A stretch of DNA of 59,691 nucleotides from Psammoneis japonica (Eukaryota): assembly GCA_008632985.1 (NCBI GenBank), contig QPGO01000154.1:124001-183691 (forward strand). The letters run 5' to 3'. Shown in pieces: positions 36,210 through 48,500 of this stretch (positions are counted from its first letter, which is position 1; each line of letters opens with the position of its first letter). Both the position numbers and the translations under genes were made by a program. The notes under the pieces were generated by a model that made no database searches, was not told the origin of the DNA, and saw only the letters and a program-made list of their open reading frames with translations.

Positions 36210-39200
36210 GTGATGATTTTTTGAAATGAGGAAAAACACTTCTCCTGGCAAAGCTGAGCAATTTGGGTGATCAGAAACTTGCGCACAACTGCCAGCCACA
36301 CTGCAGCTCATTCACTTTTGCACACACAAGCACAAAACATCAGAGGAGGGGACAATTTGCTTGGGCCCATCTGCGTCAATTTGGGGTGAAAAGCACTGCA
36401 AAACTTTTTTCTCAAGCTGCTCACTGATGTGCCTTCCTGAAAAATTGTTGGGCATCTGCCCGCCAATGACAACTTGTGAGCAGGCCAACTCTGACAATTT
36501 GCCCACCAAAGTTGTGCACTTCTTGCGAGTCTTGGCAGGTTCCACAGCTCCTCTTGTTTTTTTTTTGTTCAGTGTGTGATGTGGTTTGATGAGTTGCAGC
36601 CAGCCATTTGCTCTGAAACAGCACACCCCCTGGCTTGCCTTTTTTACACAGCAGCCTGGCACAAACAAGTTGTTTGTCAACAAACAAAGCAATGGTGCCA
36701 ATGTCAAATGTTCCTGCAAAGCCAAGGTTGCAGATCCACTGGCTGTGCTGCCAGGGAAGGATGGGTCAAAGCATCAAATGAAGCACAGCTTTGTGGAAAA
36801 GACACCCAGCTTCAGCAAGCTTCCATGTTGTCAAAGAGACAGAGCATGCTGTGAAGAAAAAAACTTGGCATGCTAATGAGATTGCCAAGGTGACAAGCAA
36901 ACTTGCAAGCAAGAAGCAAGCAAACAAGTGGCAACCTGGCTGGTGCAACAAAAGAGGGTGCCAGTCATCTCAAGTGCAGCTGCAAGCAGCACTGCTGTTG
37001 TTGAACCCCATTTTGACAACCACAGCAAATGCACAACAAGTCATGGTGCCAGCAAAAGCTTGGGCAAAATGTTTTAAAAGAAAAGCAGCCAACGCTGTGG
37101 CACAAACTCAACAAGGTGTGGAAAGAAGGATGAGGAAGCATGCAGGGTGGCGGCAGCATTTGTTTCTTGCCATTGCCAGCTTGACACCCAGGCAAACAAA
37201 GCACTGGATGATTTGGTGGCAAGGGAAGCACCCAAAACAAGGCTTTGATCCACCATGCTGTCATGGCAGTGCAAACACAACACAGCTGCAGTGCTGCATG
37301 CTGCTGTTGGTTTGGAGATGAGGTTGTTGCACCAGGTCAGCTGGTGATGTGGGTGCAAGGTTGAGTGGCTGACACATCCTTGTCTTTGCAAAAGCCACAA
37401 TGATTGCCATCGCTGTTCATGATCTGAGTGCAAGAAAATGAAATTTGCCAAGACCAGATGGTCAGCAACAGCAAAGATCAAGGTGCATCAGGGGCCCAAG
37501 AAAGGCGCCGCTGCAAAAAGAAAGACAAGTGCTGTTCCAGCAGCACTGAACTTTCAAGTGACAGCAGAACACTGAATGGCAGCCTCTGTGAGTCAGCACT
37601 CTCAAAGTTTTCTGAAGCTGGGATGGCCCTGCAGCCAGGGTGCACCACAACAACTGGGCCATCATTGACGATCACTCCTCTGCTTTGGCTGAGGTTGCTG
37701 CAGCATGACAGATGCAGAAACACTGTTCTGTTGGAGATTTCATGCTGGTTTCTTGGATGCCAAGATCAGGGGTGCCTGTGTCTGCAACCACATCAATGCA
37801 CTTGTTCATTGCCGCCAAGTCAACCTCCCACAGCAGGGGGGCACTGTGCTGTGGGATTCTCAGCAGAGCACATGAGAGCCTTTGTCATTGACTCCAAGGC
37901 AAGTGTGGTGTGCACAATGACTGCTGCCAACCAGTGTCAAGGCTGACAAATGACAAAAGATTCTGTGCACCACCTGTGATGTGACATGGAAGAAAGAGTG
38001 TGATGCTCTGTGGGGGTGTCGTGTTTGGGCACCAACTCAAGTGAGAACCATTTTTTCTTGTCAAGTGCCCCAGTGCTCTGATGCAAAGTTGACTTTCATG
38101 TTTTTGTTGCTGCTGGCAGCAGCTTCCATTTGTTTGGGTGCAAAGCTCGTTTTTTGACATTGCTGCCTGCTTGCAATGCTGGCACAGCTCTGAGTGCACA
38201 ACCACTGCAGCTTGGGTGTTGTTCTTGTGCAGTTGTGTTTGAGCAGCATGGCCAACAACTGCTGATGTTTGCTTTTGATGTGTCATTGTTTGATCTGTGC
38301 CTTTTTATTTTGAGCCCAGCATTGTTCAAAAAGTGCTTGCACCACCCAGGTTTTTTGCCAGCACAAATTTTTGAACAGCTGGGCAGGCACACAAAAAAAG
38401 GACAGACACATGCAAGCTGCAACTGCCTGTGAAATCTGCATGATGGGGTGTTGACCAACATGTGAAAGAAAGCATTTGGGGAGCTTGCTGTGAAGAAAAA
38501 TGGGGCTCAATTGGAGACAAGGTTGTGGGTGTGGTGCTCAGGTTGTGTTGTCTCCAGCTCAAGCCCAAATGGTGGTTGTCAGCAGACACGTGGTCCTCAG
38601 CTTTCTGACACAGTGCACATTGCAACACACCAAGCAAACACCAAATGCAAAGGTGTCAATGGCAGGGCAGCTAAAAATGCAACCTTGCTCCTTTGAAAAG
38701 AGATCTCTGTGATTGCTTGCTTGTTGTGCTCTCAGCTGCTGGCCACTCCCAGCTCAAGGGTTTTTGACCCAGCTCTCCACTGGTCAAAGCTGCTTTGGAC
38801 AAAATGCAACTTTGCTGCCCAAGAGGCTGCTCAGATCAGATTCATCCAACATGCTTGCACTTGTTTCTCTCAACTTTGATGCCACTGCTCTTTCACCCCA
38901 TTGCAAGCTTCCAAGACTTGGACTTGAGTGGCAACCAGCTCTTTTTCTTTGATGGCCAGAGAGGCCAGCTGATTGGAGTTTGAGAGACTTCCAGGGAGGC
39001 TTGCACCTCAGCTGTTGTTGTCTCTTTCTCTTCAATGGGAAGACCAGCTGAAATTGAAGGGGGGTGGGGTTTTTGATGCTTGAGCTGGAAACTTTGCTGC
39101 CTTGCTTTCTTGAAGAAGAGCTGGCAGATTCTCAATGATGAATTTGTTGGTGGTGTCAGCTTGAAAGAGGAGAAGCTGCTGCCCCAGCACCATTGCCAAC

Positions 39201-40310
39201 TTTGACACAGACAAACAGTCAGCACCTGCTGTGCACTTGCCATTGGCTGCAGTTTCTCAACCTTGCTTGGCTGGAGCACAGCAGCTTGGCTCCCACACTG
39301 GCTGCTGGCTGGCACTTCTTGACCTGGTTTTGTCTGCCTTGGCTTCTTCCATCAATGTGTCTGCCAATGCCTCAGCTTTTTGGGGTGACTCAGCTGCTGG
39401 TGCTCCTCATTTTTGGGATGACTTGTCAGCTGGCATGCCTTGGTTTCTTCAAGCTGGTTTTCCTTGCTGGGCTCTCAACTTCATTTGTTGACTTGACCCT
39501 TGTTTGGTGGGTTTTTCAGACAAATTTTTGTTGCAGAATTTTTGGCTCATTGACTTCTTGGGGGGGGGGGGGCTTGTTGGGTTGCTTCTTCAAGAAACCT
39601 TCCTTCTTGCTGGGTTTTTGACTTCATTCACCAACCTTGGGCACCCTTGTTGGGTGATTCTTTCAGCTGACTCTTTGTCCCCTTTGTTGATCACCAGCAG
39701 CTGGCATTCACTCTCCTCATGATGCATGTTTCCATGTGGGCAAGATGGCAGCCATGGGCTGGCTGGTGTTAGAGCCAGCAGCACTGCTTCAAGAACAACA
39801 ACATTTCTCCTCTCAAAGCTGAGGAGCACAGTGCACTGCCACCAGCTTTTCTTCATCTGCCCATGCTCATTCCTTGCTCACAGCAAGTGCAGCACTTGGG
39901 CGCACAAATGTGCTTGTCAGAGGCCACACAAGTCATTTCGTGTTGCTGTTTAAATTTCAGCTTGAGTCACCAAACTGACCTTTCCCTTGGCGCAGTCTCT
40001 GCTTGCTGTTCAGACAGGCTCCACTGTCATGTGTGTCTCTTTCTGATGCAGTGTGTGTCTTGGTGGCTCTGCCCAGTGACAAAGTGGGGAGCAGTCTGGA
40101 AAAGAACAAAGAACAATCAACTCATCCACAGAAATCTTTGAAAAGTGTGACCATGCTGACTGCCTTCAAGAGTCATCCCACAAACTTGAAGAACAATCGA
40201 GTCACAACGGCACAACCATTGACACTGCCAATCACAACTCACAACTCCGAACGACGGCAAGCGGCAAAACACAGACAGACGGCTGCGTCCGCTGCACGCA
40301 CGCACATTCA
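36210..40310. other. Block depleted of both TpA and CpG
   Basis: TA and CG are both nearly absent. Confidence 0.8.
37570..38075 (+). pseudogene. TM9SF fragment (copy 3), heavily degraded and TpA-erased
   Basis: ACCACAACAACTGG, CAGAAACAC, GGATGCCAAGATCAGGGGTGCCTGTGTCTGCAACCACATCAATG and TGTCAAGGCTGA...GATGTGACATGGAAG are colinear with 24200-24750. Confidence 0.8.
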
Positions 40311-40319
40311 GAGTTCTTC

Positions 40320-40445
40320 TCTACTCTACCGGTAGCTACTAGTAGCTACTCTCTCTAGCTAGTAGCTAGCTACTCTCTAGAGAGTGCTGTAGCTACTAGT
40401 GCCGGTAGAGAGCAACTCTAGCTAGAGTAGAGCTAGTCCACCGGC
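40320..40445. repeat. Low-complexity CTAG/AGCT/TAG-rich palindromic island
   Basis: CTACTAGTAGCTACT...CTAGCTAGTAGCTAGCTACTCTCTAGAGAG...; very TA-dense. Confidence 0.85.
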
Positions 40446-40501
40446 ATGATCGTTTGAATGATGACAGTGCCTTGTTGGAGTTTGGATCTAATTTTATGCT
40501 C

Positions 40502-42481
40502 TTATTTCTTCCGCGATGTCATTTGCAAGTTGGAGAAACAGTGGAGGAGGCTTGGATGCTTCCGATTCCGGGCTGTGAGACTAAAAGCGGAACAGATTTG
40601 GCTTTTTCCGGCACGAGTGGGGTAGCGAGAATGACCTGCCGTCGCCATGGCGTCGTGCGGCTCAGCTCGACCGCGAGTCATGCTATTTTGTGACTCGGAT
40701 TCCTTTTTGTCAGCATCGTTTTCGGTTAGACCGCGATCGTGTTCGTCAGCTGTCGTGTCGTCAGCCGTGGCATCTCGTGCAGGCGCAGCCGTGGCATCTC
40801 GTGGCTGCTCCACATGGCCGTCCACCGTTTTGTCAGGATTCTGTGCCCCTGGTCGTTGAGCCTGCTGAGCTTGCCGCATCGGCAGTGTCACGAGATGCAA
40901 TGTCAAGTAACGAAAGAGGCTCGCTTTGTCCTCTTTTTTGGTGATGTCAAATGGGAGGAAGCGGTCGTCCAGCCATTCTGCGACGCGTCGTTGGTGGCTT
41001 TCCAGCACGCCCGTAAAAGCATCTGCAAGCATCTTGTCAAAGCCATGCTTGCCCTCGCTAAAGTCAAACCGCATGCGGGTAAGAGTGACGACACGACCAC
41101 CATCCAAGCATTCCGTTCGGATCTTGCTGATGAAAGCAGAGTTGTTGGCCCCAACAAAGTCATTGATCGCATCACCAATGAAGGTGAGCGTGCCACAGGT
41201 GCTGTCACCCAAGCCTTCCACAAGTTGCGTGATTTGAGCATTTCCAAATGGGAGTTTTCCGCAAACAATGAGATCTTGCAACGGAACAAAATCACCAGAC
41301 AGCAGTGATTCGACTAAAGCGGCGCCACCGCCCTCCAGGACGCACGACGCGAGCTTGACTTTACCCCGATATTTCACAAGGGCTTGCTGCTGTGGGGCGC
41401 TCAGGATGGCATTGGAAATCTGAACGATCACCTTCGAGGACACTGGAAGCTTCTTCCAGAAGTCTGGATCCTCAAGCAAAAGGTTTCCCGGCGCACATTC
41501 ATCACCAAGCAGGGGACAAGTTGCACAATCCAACAACGGTTGAAGGCCCGGCCCTTCTCGGGAGGCCGACACGGCTTCCTCGACGAGTTTCCAGAAAATT
41601 TCTTTCACTGCATCACACGGCAGCGTTGAAGGATGGGAACTGCGCCACGTGACACTGATTGTCTGGTCTTCATCATCGCTGCCGAGTTGCATGGTAACAG
41701 ACTCGTTGAAACCAGCCGCTGGAAGGAGAAACCCCGTAGTTTCTTCATAACCATCGGGATCGTACACATCCTCGGCAAACAAGAGAGTGGGACCGACGGG
41801 ACAGATTGAGACTACGTGGCCGTCTTCAGAGAGACGACTGAAAATTTCCGACCAAGATTGAGTCTGTAAAACGTCCAATGGGGTGGTGCGCTGAATGACC
41901 GATGCAAGCAAGTCCGTGACAAAGCGAGGTTTCTTCGTCATTGCAGCCAAGAGTTCAATCAATATTTTGGTTTGGCCTCCGTTCGCCTTGACGCCTCCGT
42001 TGGCAATGATCACAGCTTCTTGGTTAAATGCGCGGTCCTTGATTTCCCAGAGAGAGTCGTCGTTAGCAATGAGATGGACTTGTTTCAGTCGGAAGGCATG
42101 AATGGCTTCTTGGAGGTATTCCTGAATAAAGCTATCACTCTTGTTGGTGGTTGCATTGGATGGCATTTCAATAATGAAAAGGGGGACGGGAATTGTGTCC
42201 GCCGTCGCTGAAGCATTGTTCGCTGTAGCACGGGGTGCCCTGTCGGGTTGCGCGGGAGTAAGACTTTCCACGGACTCGGACGATTGCGAGTTCTCTCGAC
42301 GCAATGGAGATGGGTTGTTCCCTCGTACGAGCGCTGGTTGGTTTCCCTGTAAAAAGGAGAGATGAGGTGTGTGAGAAACCGAGGGAGGCACACACCAATC
42401 AGCAACAAGAATGAACAGAATCGACGTACGGGAAGAGATTCTGCGAAACGTCGTGCATGCCCTGAACGTGACTACGACCAA
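40502..42481 (-). CDS. Hypothetical protein (659-aa open frame; true start or upstream exon uncertain, possibly up to about 42990)
   Basis: Long ORF with Tyr and TA retained and no recognisable motif. An intron-like GTACGT...TTTTTACAG at 42429-42347 does not join the upstream ORF to this frame. Confidence 0.55.
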   Translation of the reverse strand: MVVVTFRACTTFRRISSRTSILFILVADWCVPPSVSHTPHLSFLQGNQPALVRGNNPSPLRRENSQSSESVESLTPAQPDRAPRATANNASATADTIPVPLFIIEMPSNATTNKSDSFIQEYLQEAIHAFRLKQVHLIANDDSLWEIKDRAFNQEAVIIANGGVKANGGQTKILIELLAAMTKKPRFVTDLLASVIQRTTPLDVLQTQSWSEIFSRLSEDGHVVSICPVGPTLLFAEDVYDPDGYEETTGFLLPAAGFNESVTMQLGSDDEDQTISVTWRSSHPSTLPCDAVKEIFWKLVEEAVSASREGPGLQPLLDCATCPLLGDECAPGNLLLEDPDFWKKLPVSSKVIVQISNAILSAPQQQALVKYRGKVKLASCVLEGGGAALVESLLSGDFVPLQDLIVCGKLPFGNAQITQLVEGLGDSTCGTLTFIGDAINDFVGANNSAFISKIRTECLDGGRVVTLTRMRFDFSEGKHGFDKMLADAFTGVLESHQRRVAEWLDDRFLPFDITKKEDKASLFRYLTLHLVTLPMRQAQQAQRPGAQNPDKTVDGHVEQPRDATAAPARDATADDTTADEHDRGLTENDADKKESESQNSMTRGRAEPHDAMATAGHSRYPTRAGKSQICSAFSLTARNRKHPSLLHCFSNLQMTSRKK

Positions 42482-42972
42482 CAGGGCGGTGGGGAGTTAC
42501 GGCAGCGTGCAACTCGCGTTGGCTTGTCATGAGTTCACGATGACGTTCTCGCGCCGCTGCATCTGCACGACGCATCCAAGGCGGTGTGGTGTCATTGTCG
42601 CTGCCCCCCACATTTTGATTCTCGACATTAGACTGATGTCCAATGTAAGTGCCACCTACATTTAAACTGAAATTAGTTGCTCGTGCAGCCGTTCCATACA
42701 CCAAATCTTGCAGTTGCCCCACAGACATCCCGACTGAAAGACCCCGACCACCACCGTCACCGACACCAACGTGAGCCACAGCATCATTTGCTGGTGCCAC
42801 TGGCGGCACACGACGGGCAATCTGATAATGTGCAATAAAGATTGGCAAGGATAAGAGGCAGCAATAAACAATTAGACGACACATGACGGAAGAAAGACAA
42901 AACTTACAGGAGCGGTAGCCACGAGTCGCTCCGGGGAATTCTCGGATACCGTCTCGACGACAGGGGATTGAC

Positions 42973-43206
42973 GAGTCACGACTCAACGTCATTCTGGTCG
43001 CATCTCACGACTACAACCCAGACTCAGATTTTCTCTTCGAAATAAACAGCTCATCACAAAATCGATTCAAACAGAAGCAACGACATTCGTCATAATTTTT
43101 AGACAACGACTTTGAACAAGCGTCTGTTTACCTCTGTCGCTGTTCATATTGCTGCCAACCTCCGAGGTCTTGTCCATCCTGCCAGCTGTGGGACTGCATC
43201 TCGACT
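42973..43206 (+). repeat. 5' LTR of copia element 2
   Basis: Matches 49980-50211. It reads AGTCACGA...TCTCGACT and is followed by GGTCATGGAGACC (possible PBS). Confidence 0.9.
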
Positions 43207-43368
43207 GGTCATGGAGACCAATTTGCGTGTTGACGAGAGCTCCTGACCGAGTCATCGTCACGGACGCTTTTGGTTTTTGATTTTGAAGCAAACCCGGGAA
43301 ATAGCTGAGTCTCTCTTGCTTCTCTCGTCTTCATTCTAACCAGAATCTCCCATGCCACACTCTCTGTC

Positions 43369-45540
43369 ATGGCTGCCATCGACCCGGATGTTCTGGCGAA
43401 GGTGTTTGCCGATGCAATGGCCGCCAACGCCGCAGCGAACGCTCCTCCGCCTCCAACCAAGCCGTCACGTGGTGGAATTCACCCAACCCACGGGGTTTAC
43501 ATTGGTGGTTCCAAACTCGATGACAACTGTGAACAATCCAACGACAGAACCTGCCGACTCGCCTCTCAGCGCCGTCATCCCAAGGCTCTCGACTCGATGG
43601 AACGATCTCTCCGCGATCAACAAGCTTCCGCAATGACTTCCAAGTTCAACGGTCGACTTGAGATTTCGGATGGTCCCATCAACGAGCTTGACAAGGACCA
43701 CTTCGTCAAGACTGTTCGAGATCTGGCAGAAGCCCACGGTCAGCAGACGTTCCACCATGTCAAGAACAGCGACGACAAGGTTCAACATGTCTTCGAACAT
43801 CTCCACGAGTTTGCTGTGACCGATCTCGTGAACGAATACAAGGTTGGGAAAGCAGCTGCCGATGACGCCAAGTACGACGAGATCAAGCTCGACGACATCG
43901 GGCTCTCTCAGCCACTCGTTCACTCAAGAATCACCAATGCCTTTCGCGAGAAAATCGAGACCAAGTTCAACCATCTCAAGGACTGCCAAGACTGCCCTGG
44001 ATCTGTTCTGTTCATGATGGCTCTCGACACTTGCAATGCTGGCACTCTGACGGATGTTGAGATGGCTGAGAAGCAGCCAGAAGACCTCAGTTTGGTTGAC
44101 TGTCCCGGCGAGGATTGCACGGACTTTGCTGCCGAAGCTCTTCGCATCATGAAAATCGTGCAGACCGACTGCGCGCTTCCGGCGAACACAAGCTCCAAGC
44201 TGCTCCACAAGATCTCCTCTGCGTCCTCTGAATGCTTCAATCGGAGAGTCTGCAACAAGCTCGACGACGTCAAGGCTGTGGAACGCAAGTGCCGCCTCAA
44301 GAATCCTGCTGACATCACGTCCGACAGCGATTGCAACACGCTCGGACCGGTCGGTGTCATTGCGTGGATTCAGGAGCAACACAATGAACTCGTGAAGGAT
44401 GGGGAGTGGCCTGCTTTGGTCGCCAAGCTACCCGCAAGCAATCTTTTGACTGCGGATGACCCTGGGAAGATGAAGCACTGTTGTGGTTGCGGTCTCGAGG
44501 GGCACACCAAGAAGACGTGCCCGAAGTGCAACGCCAAACCGCCGCGCGACGATCCTCCTACGAATCCGCCGCCTGCAGACGACCCTTCCAAGAAGAAGCG
44601 GAGACCCATCGCTGCCTGGCACATTAAATTTGATGGAGAAACGAAGAAGGACAAGAATGGCAAGGAATGGAAGTGGTGTGCCACGTGCACGGCAAAGGGT
44701 GCCGACAAACCTGGAATCCATCAGAAGCACTCTACCGCGGAACATGCCGCAGACCACAAGCGTCCTCCCAAGGAAACCCCAGCCGGGAATCTGTCTTCCG
44801 TTGCTGATCCGGACAGTGGCGTGCCCATGGGTCCGCCAGCTCAGACCACCAAGGAACCAGAGGGAGACGAGTCCGACCCCAACGAGTTGGTTTTCACGGG
44901 AATGTGGTGCGCGGCCACAGATGCCGTCACCGACCCGGATTTCTTTCCTGATCCTGTTGCTGCTGCAATTGTTGTCACTCCGGCTTCTTCAGCCGAGAGG
45001 GAGAGCGATGCAGTCATTGGCACTGAGGTGCTTTGCAACGAAACGAGCCCATCTGTGCTCACCTCAGTCATGGATCCAGTCGTGTCTCCCATCGTGGTTG
45101 AGACTGTCACTCCTGAAGACGCCGATGACTTCTGTGAATGCTGCAACGCTTTCTCTACATTTGAAAACGAACCACCGGCTATTGAGTTGTTTCCGGCCTC
45201 GAAGCTGCACTCTGTCAAGCATCCTGATGAGTTCTTTGACGCTCCCGCAAATTTGACGGGTGTGCTGTCAGACGACACAAAGTCAGATCTCATCCTTGAA
45301 CACGACGTACACTTTGAAGACGCATGCTGCGACTTGCCTCCGTGTGTTGCATGTTGTGGCTTCGATTTCTACGATCCAGAGATCCTGGATGTGGATGATT
45401 GTCACGAGGACGTCGAAGACGAGCCCACTTCGCGTCGATCAATCTTGGGGCGGGTCAAGCTGTTCACATTCTGGCTTGCCGCCATGTTTTGGGAAATGGT
45501 GCTGCACTTTTGCTTTGCTCCGATCCCAAGTGTGCCTTGA
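43369..45540 (+). pseudogene. Copia gag-like ORF
   Basis: 723 aa with a CCGCGLEGHTKKTC zinc knuckle and a WKWCATC motif. Confidence 0.8.
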
Positions 45541-45570
45541 GCTCTACGCCGCCAGGGCAAACTCCCAACC

Positions 45571-48500
45571 TTGCATGGGTTTCCAGCCTCCTGGATGGTC
45601 CTGTCCATTGCAGTTATGGTGTGGTCAGCAGTTTGCGCCGGTCAACAGCCCGAGCATCCGTTCTCGAACATGCCAAGCCGTTTTTCGACCGCTGGCTCTC
45701 AAGTCTACCACATTGTGGAAGAGCTAGATGACCGGACAGTGTCAGATGCGGGGTCACTGTTCGAATGTCACAGGATCAAAGGCACGCAAGCACTCACCGA
45801 GTTTGTTGCGCGCCATCCATCACACGCACTGAGCACTCGTCTCAAGGCCTGCTGGGAGAGCCCAGAAGCAGCTGAAAGGTCTGACACGATAGACGAATCA
45901 GCCTTCTTTGACACCTGTGAGGAACTGGAACCTCTCGATGACCAGAAGCATTTCTTCGATGCTCTTGAGGACTTCAGCCCAGATTTCTTCCAGTTTGATG
46001 AGCTCTGTCTGCCCAATCACATCGTGGACACTGCTCATTTTCAAGATCCTGTGGAACTGTTGGAGGACGCACATGCCAGGCCAGTTGTCTACAACACCTC
46101 CACCATCCAACTGCTCACCGGACAATCTCAAGCCGACCTTCTTGCATCCGATCTGCAGGCACTCATCGGTCTGTCGGACGAAGCTCTCACGGTTGTCATG
46201 GACACTGGTGCCACGCCAGCCATTGCCCCCGACAAAGATGATTTTGCGGGGCCCATGACTGTTCCCAAGAAACCCTTGCAGATCAATGGGATTGCCAATG
46301 GTCTTGCCATCCAGGGTGCCGGTCCGGTTGCGTGGGTGTTCACAACGCCAAGTGGCGCCACCATCCAACTGAACACCATGGCGCGCTACGTCCCTGGAGC
46401 CCGTCAACGCCTGCCATCGCCTCAACGCCTCTTCAACGAAGAGAAGGGGGCACGTGGGAAGTGTGAGGGCAATGAAACCACTTTCCGTGTGCACATTGAC
46501 GGGACAGGCAAGTTGGTCGTGCCATGTCACCCATCAAGCCACTTGCCCATTGCGTCGATGACCAAGGGCGCATCTGCCGCTCCACAAGTGAATCTACAAA
46601 TCCTCAACAAGGAGAATCAAAGCCTCACGGCAGGCCAAAAGCTTCTTGTCGAAATGCATGCCCGTTTTGGCCATTTAAACTTTGGTCGCGTCCAAGCACT
46701 TCTCCGCGCAGTTCCGTTCCCATTGAACCGTTTCAAGTTCACAGCGAAGTGTGACCACCCAAGATGCGAGGCATGCGAGCATGCCAAAGGTCACAGACAC
46801 TCCCTTGCATCCACTCACAAGTCGACAGTCCCTGAACGCGACAGGGCCCTTCAAGCTGACCATCTTCGACCGGGTCAGGCTGTCAGCGTTGATCATTTTG
46901 AGTCGTGCCTTTTAGGCCGAACCTTTGACTCATGTGGCAAAGCCACGTCCAAGCAATTCAAGGGCGGTTGTGTCTTTGTCAACCACGCCTCTGGATGTGT
47001 CCAGGTTGAGCACCAACTGGGTTTCTCCACTGTTGAGACGATGTGAGTGAAGCAAGCGCATGAGAAACATGCTTTGGACCACGGTGTCATCGTCCAAGAA
47101 TTTCTTGCCGACAGCGGCGCTTTCAAGGCCAATGCTTTTGTGCAACATGTGCGAGATCATGAACAACGTCTCCGTTTTTGTGGAACCAACGCCCATCATC
47201 AGAACGGCGTCACAGAGCGGGGCATCCAACGCATCTCCAACATGGCGAGAGCGATGTTGCTTCATGCATCAATCCACTGGAAAGGGGGAATTGACAGCTC
47301 CCTGTGGCCCATGGCTGTTTCTCATGCCACACGTGTCTACAATGTCACCCCAAATTCCAAGGGACATTGCCCAGCGGACATTTTCACCGGTTCGACAGTG
47401 CCAAGACACCGTTTGTGAGACATTCACACATGGGGATGTCCAGCACACGCACTTGATCCAACCCTCGCTTCCAGAAAGAAACTCCCGCATTGGGAACCTC
47501 GCACTCATCACACTTTGTTCGTGGGACTCAGTGCCATCCATCCCAGTGAGGTTCCTTTGGTCCTCAGTCTACAAACTGGAAGTGTCACTCCTCAGTGTCA
47601 TGTGGTCTTTGACGATCTCTTCACTGCCGCACCATCAATCGAGAGGGAGACGGATCCACCTGATCACTGGGAGCACTCATGTCTCAACCAATCGACATGC
47701 ATCCTTCTGGAGAAGGAACAATCAGTCCATTCACACGATGAGTGGCTTGCCCCTCCAGAGCATCAACGTAAAGAACGCAAACCAGCCAGAGCGACACGTG
47801 TTCGCGGCCATTTTGAGCCTGCTCCATCGACTGCTGTGCCGGATTCACCCACTTCTCGCGACGACGTTGCCGATCGAGTCGCACCTGCCACTCAGCAGCC
47901 AATGCCACCAGTCCCACCTGCAACTCAAACTCCTGCAGACCCTGCGGACTCCATGCCAATTCTGCCACCTGAACCTCAAGACAGTGACAAACTTCTGCCA
48001 CCCAAAGTGCCGACGGAACCAACAGCTCCTCCCCCAGTCAAGACACCTCCTGTGACGGATCCAGAGGGAGTGTCAGGGCTGCGACGGTCTTCAAGGTCAA
48101 CCAAGGGAAAGTTCAACTCTGCCAAGTTTGTAGATGAAGTCTGCTTCAGCTCCGTCAAGGAAGTGCCGCTGCCGATCGGACACGAGGCTCAACTGGCTCA
48201 TCTGGCAACTCTTGAGACGGATTTGGACAGTGGTGCCATCAATGTCTTCGATCCACGAGCCTGCGCAGCTAGTGAGAAAACCAAGGACCCTGATGTGCCT
48301 TCGTTGCACAATGCTCTGAAAGGTCCGGATGCCAACGAATGGACCAAGGCAATGAAAATTGAAGTCAACGCACTCACACATCATCAAGCCTGGAAAGCAG
48401 TCGAGCGTCAGCCGCACATGAATGCACTTCCAGGTGCATGGGCACTCAAGCTCAAGAGACTCCCAGATGGAACCCCTCTCAAGCACAAGGCCCGATGCTG

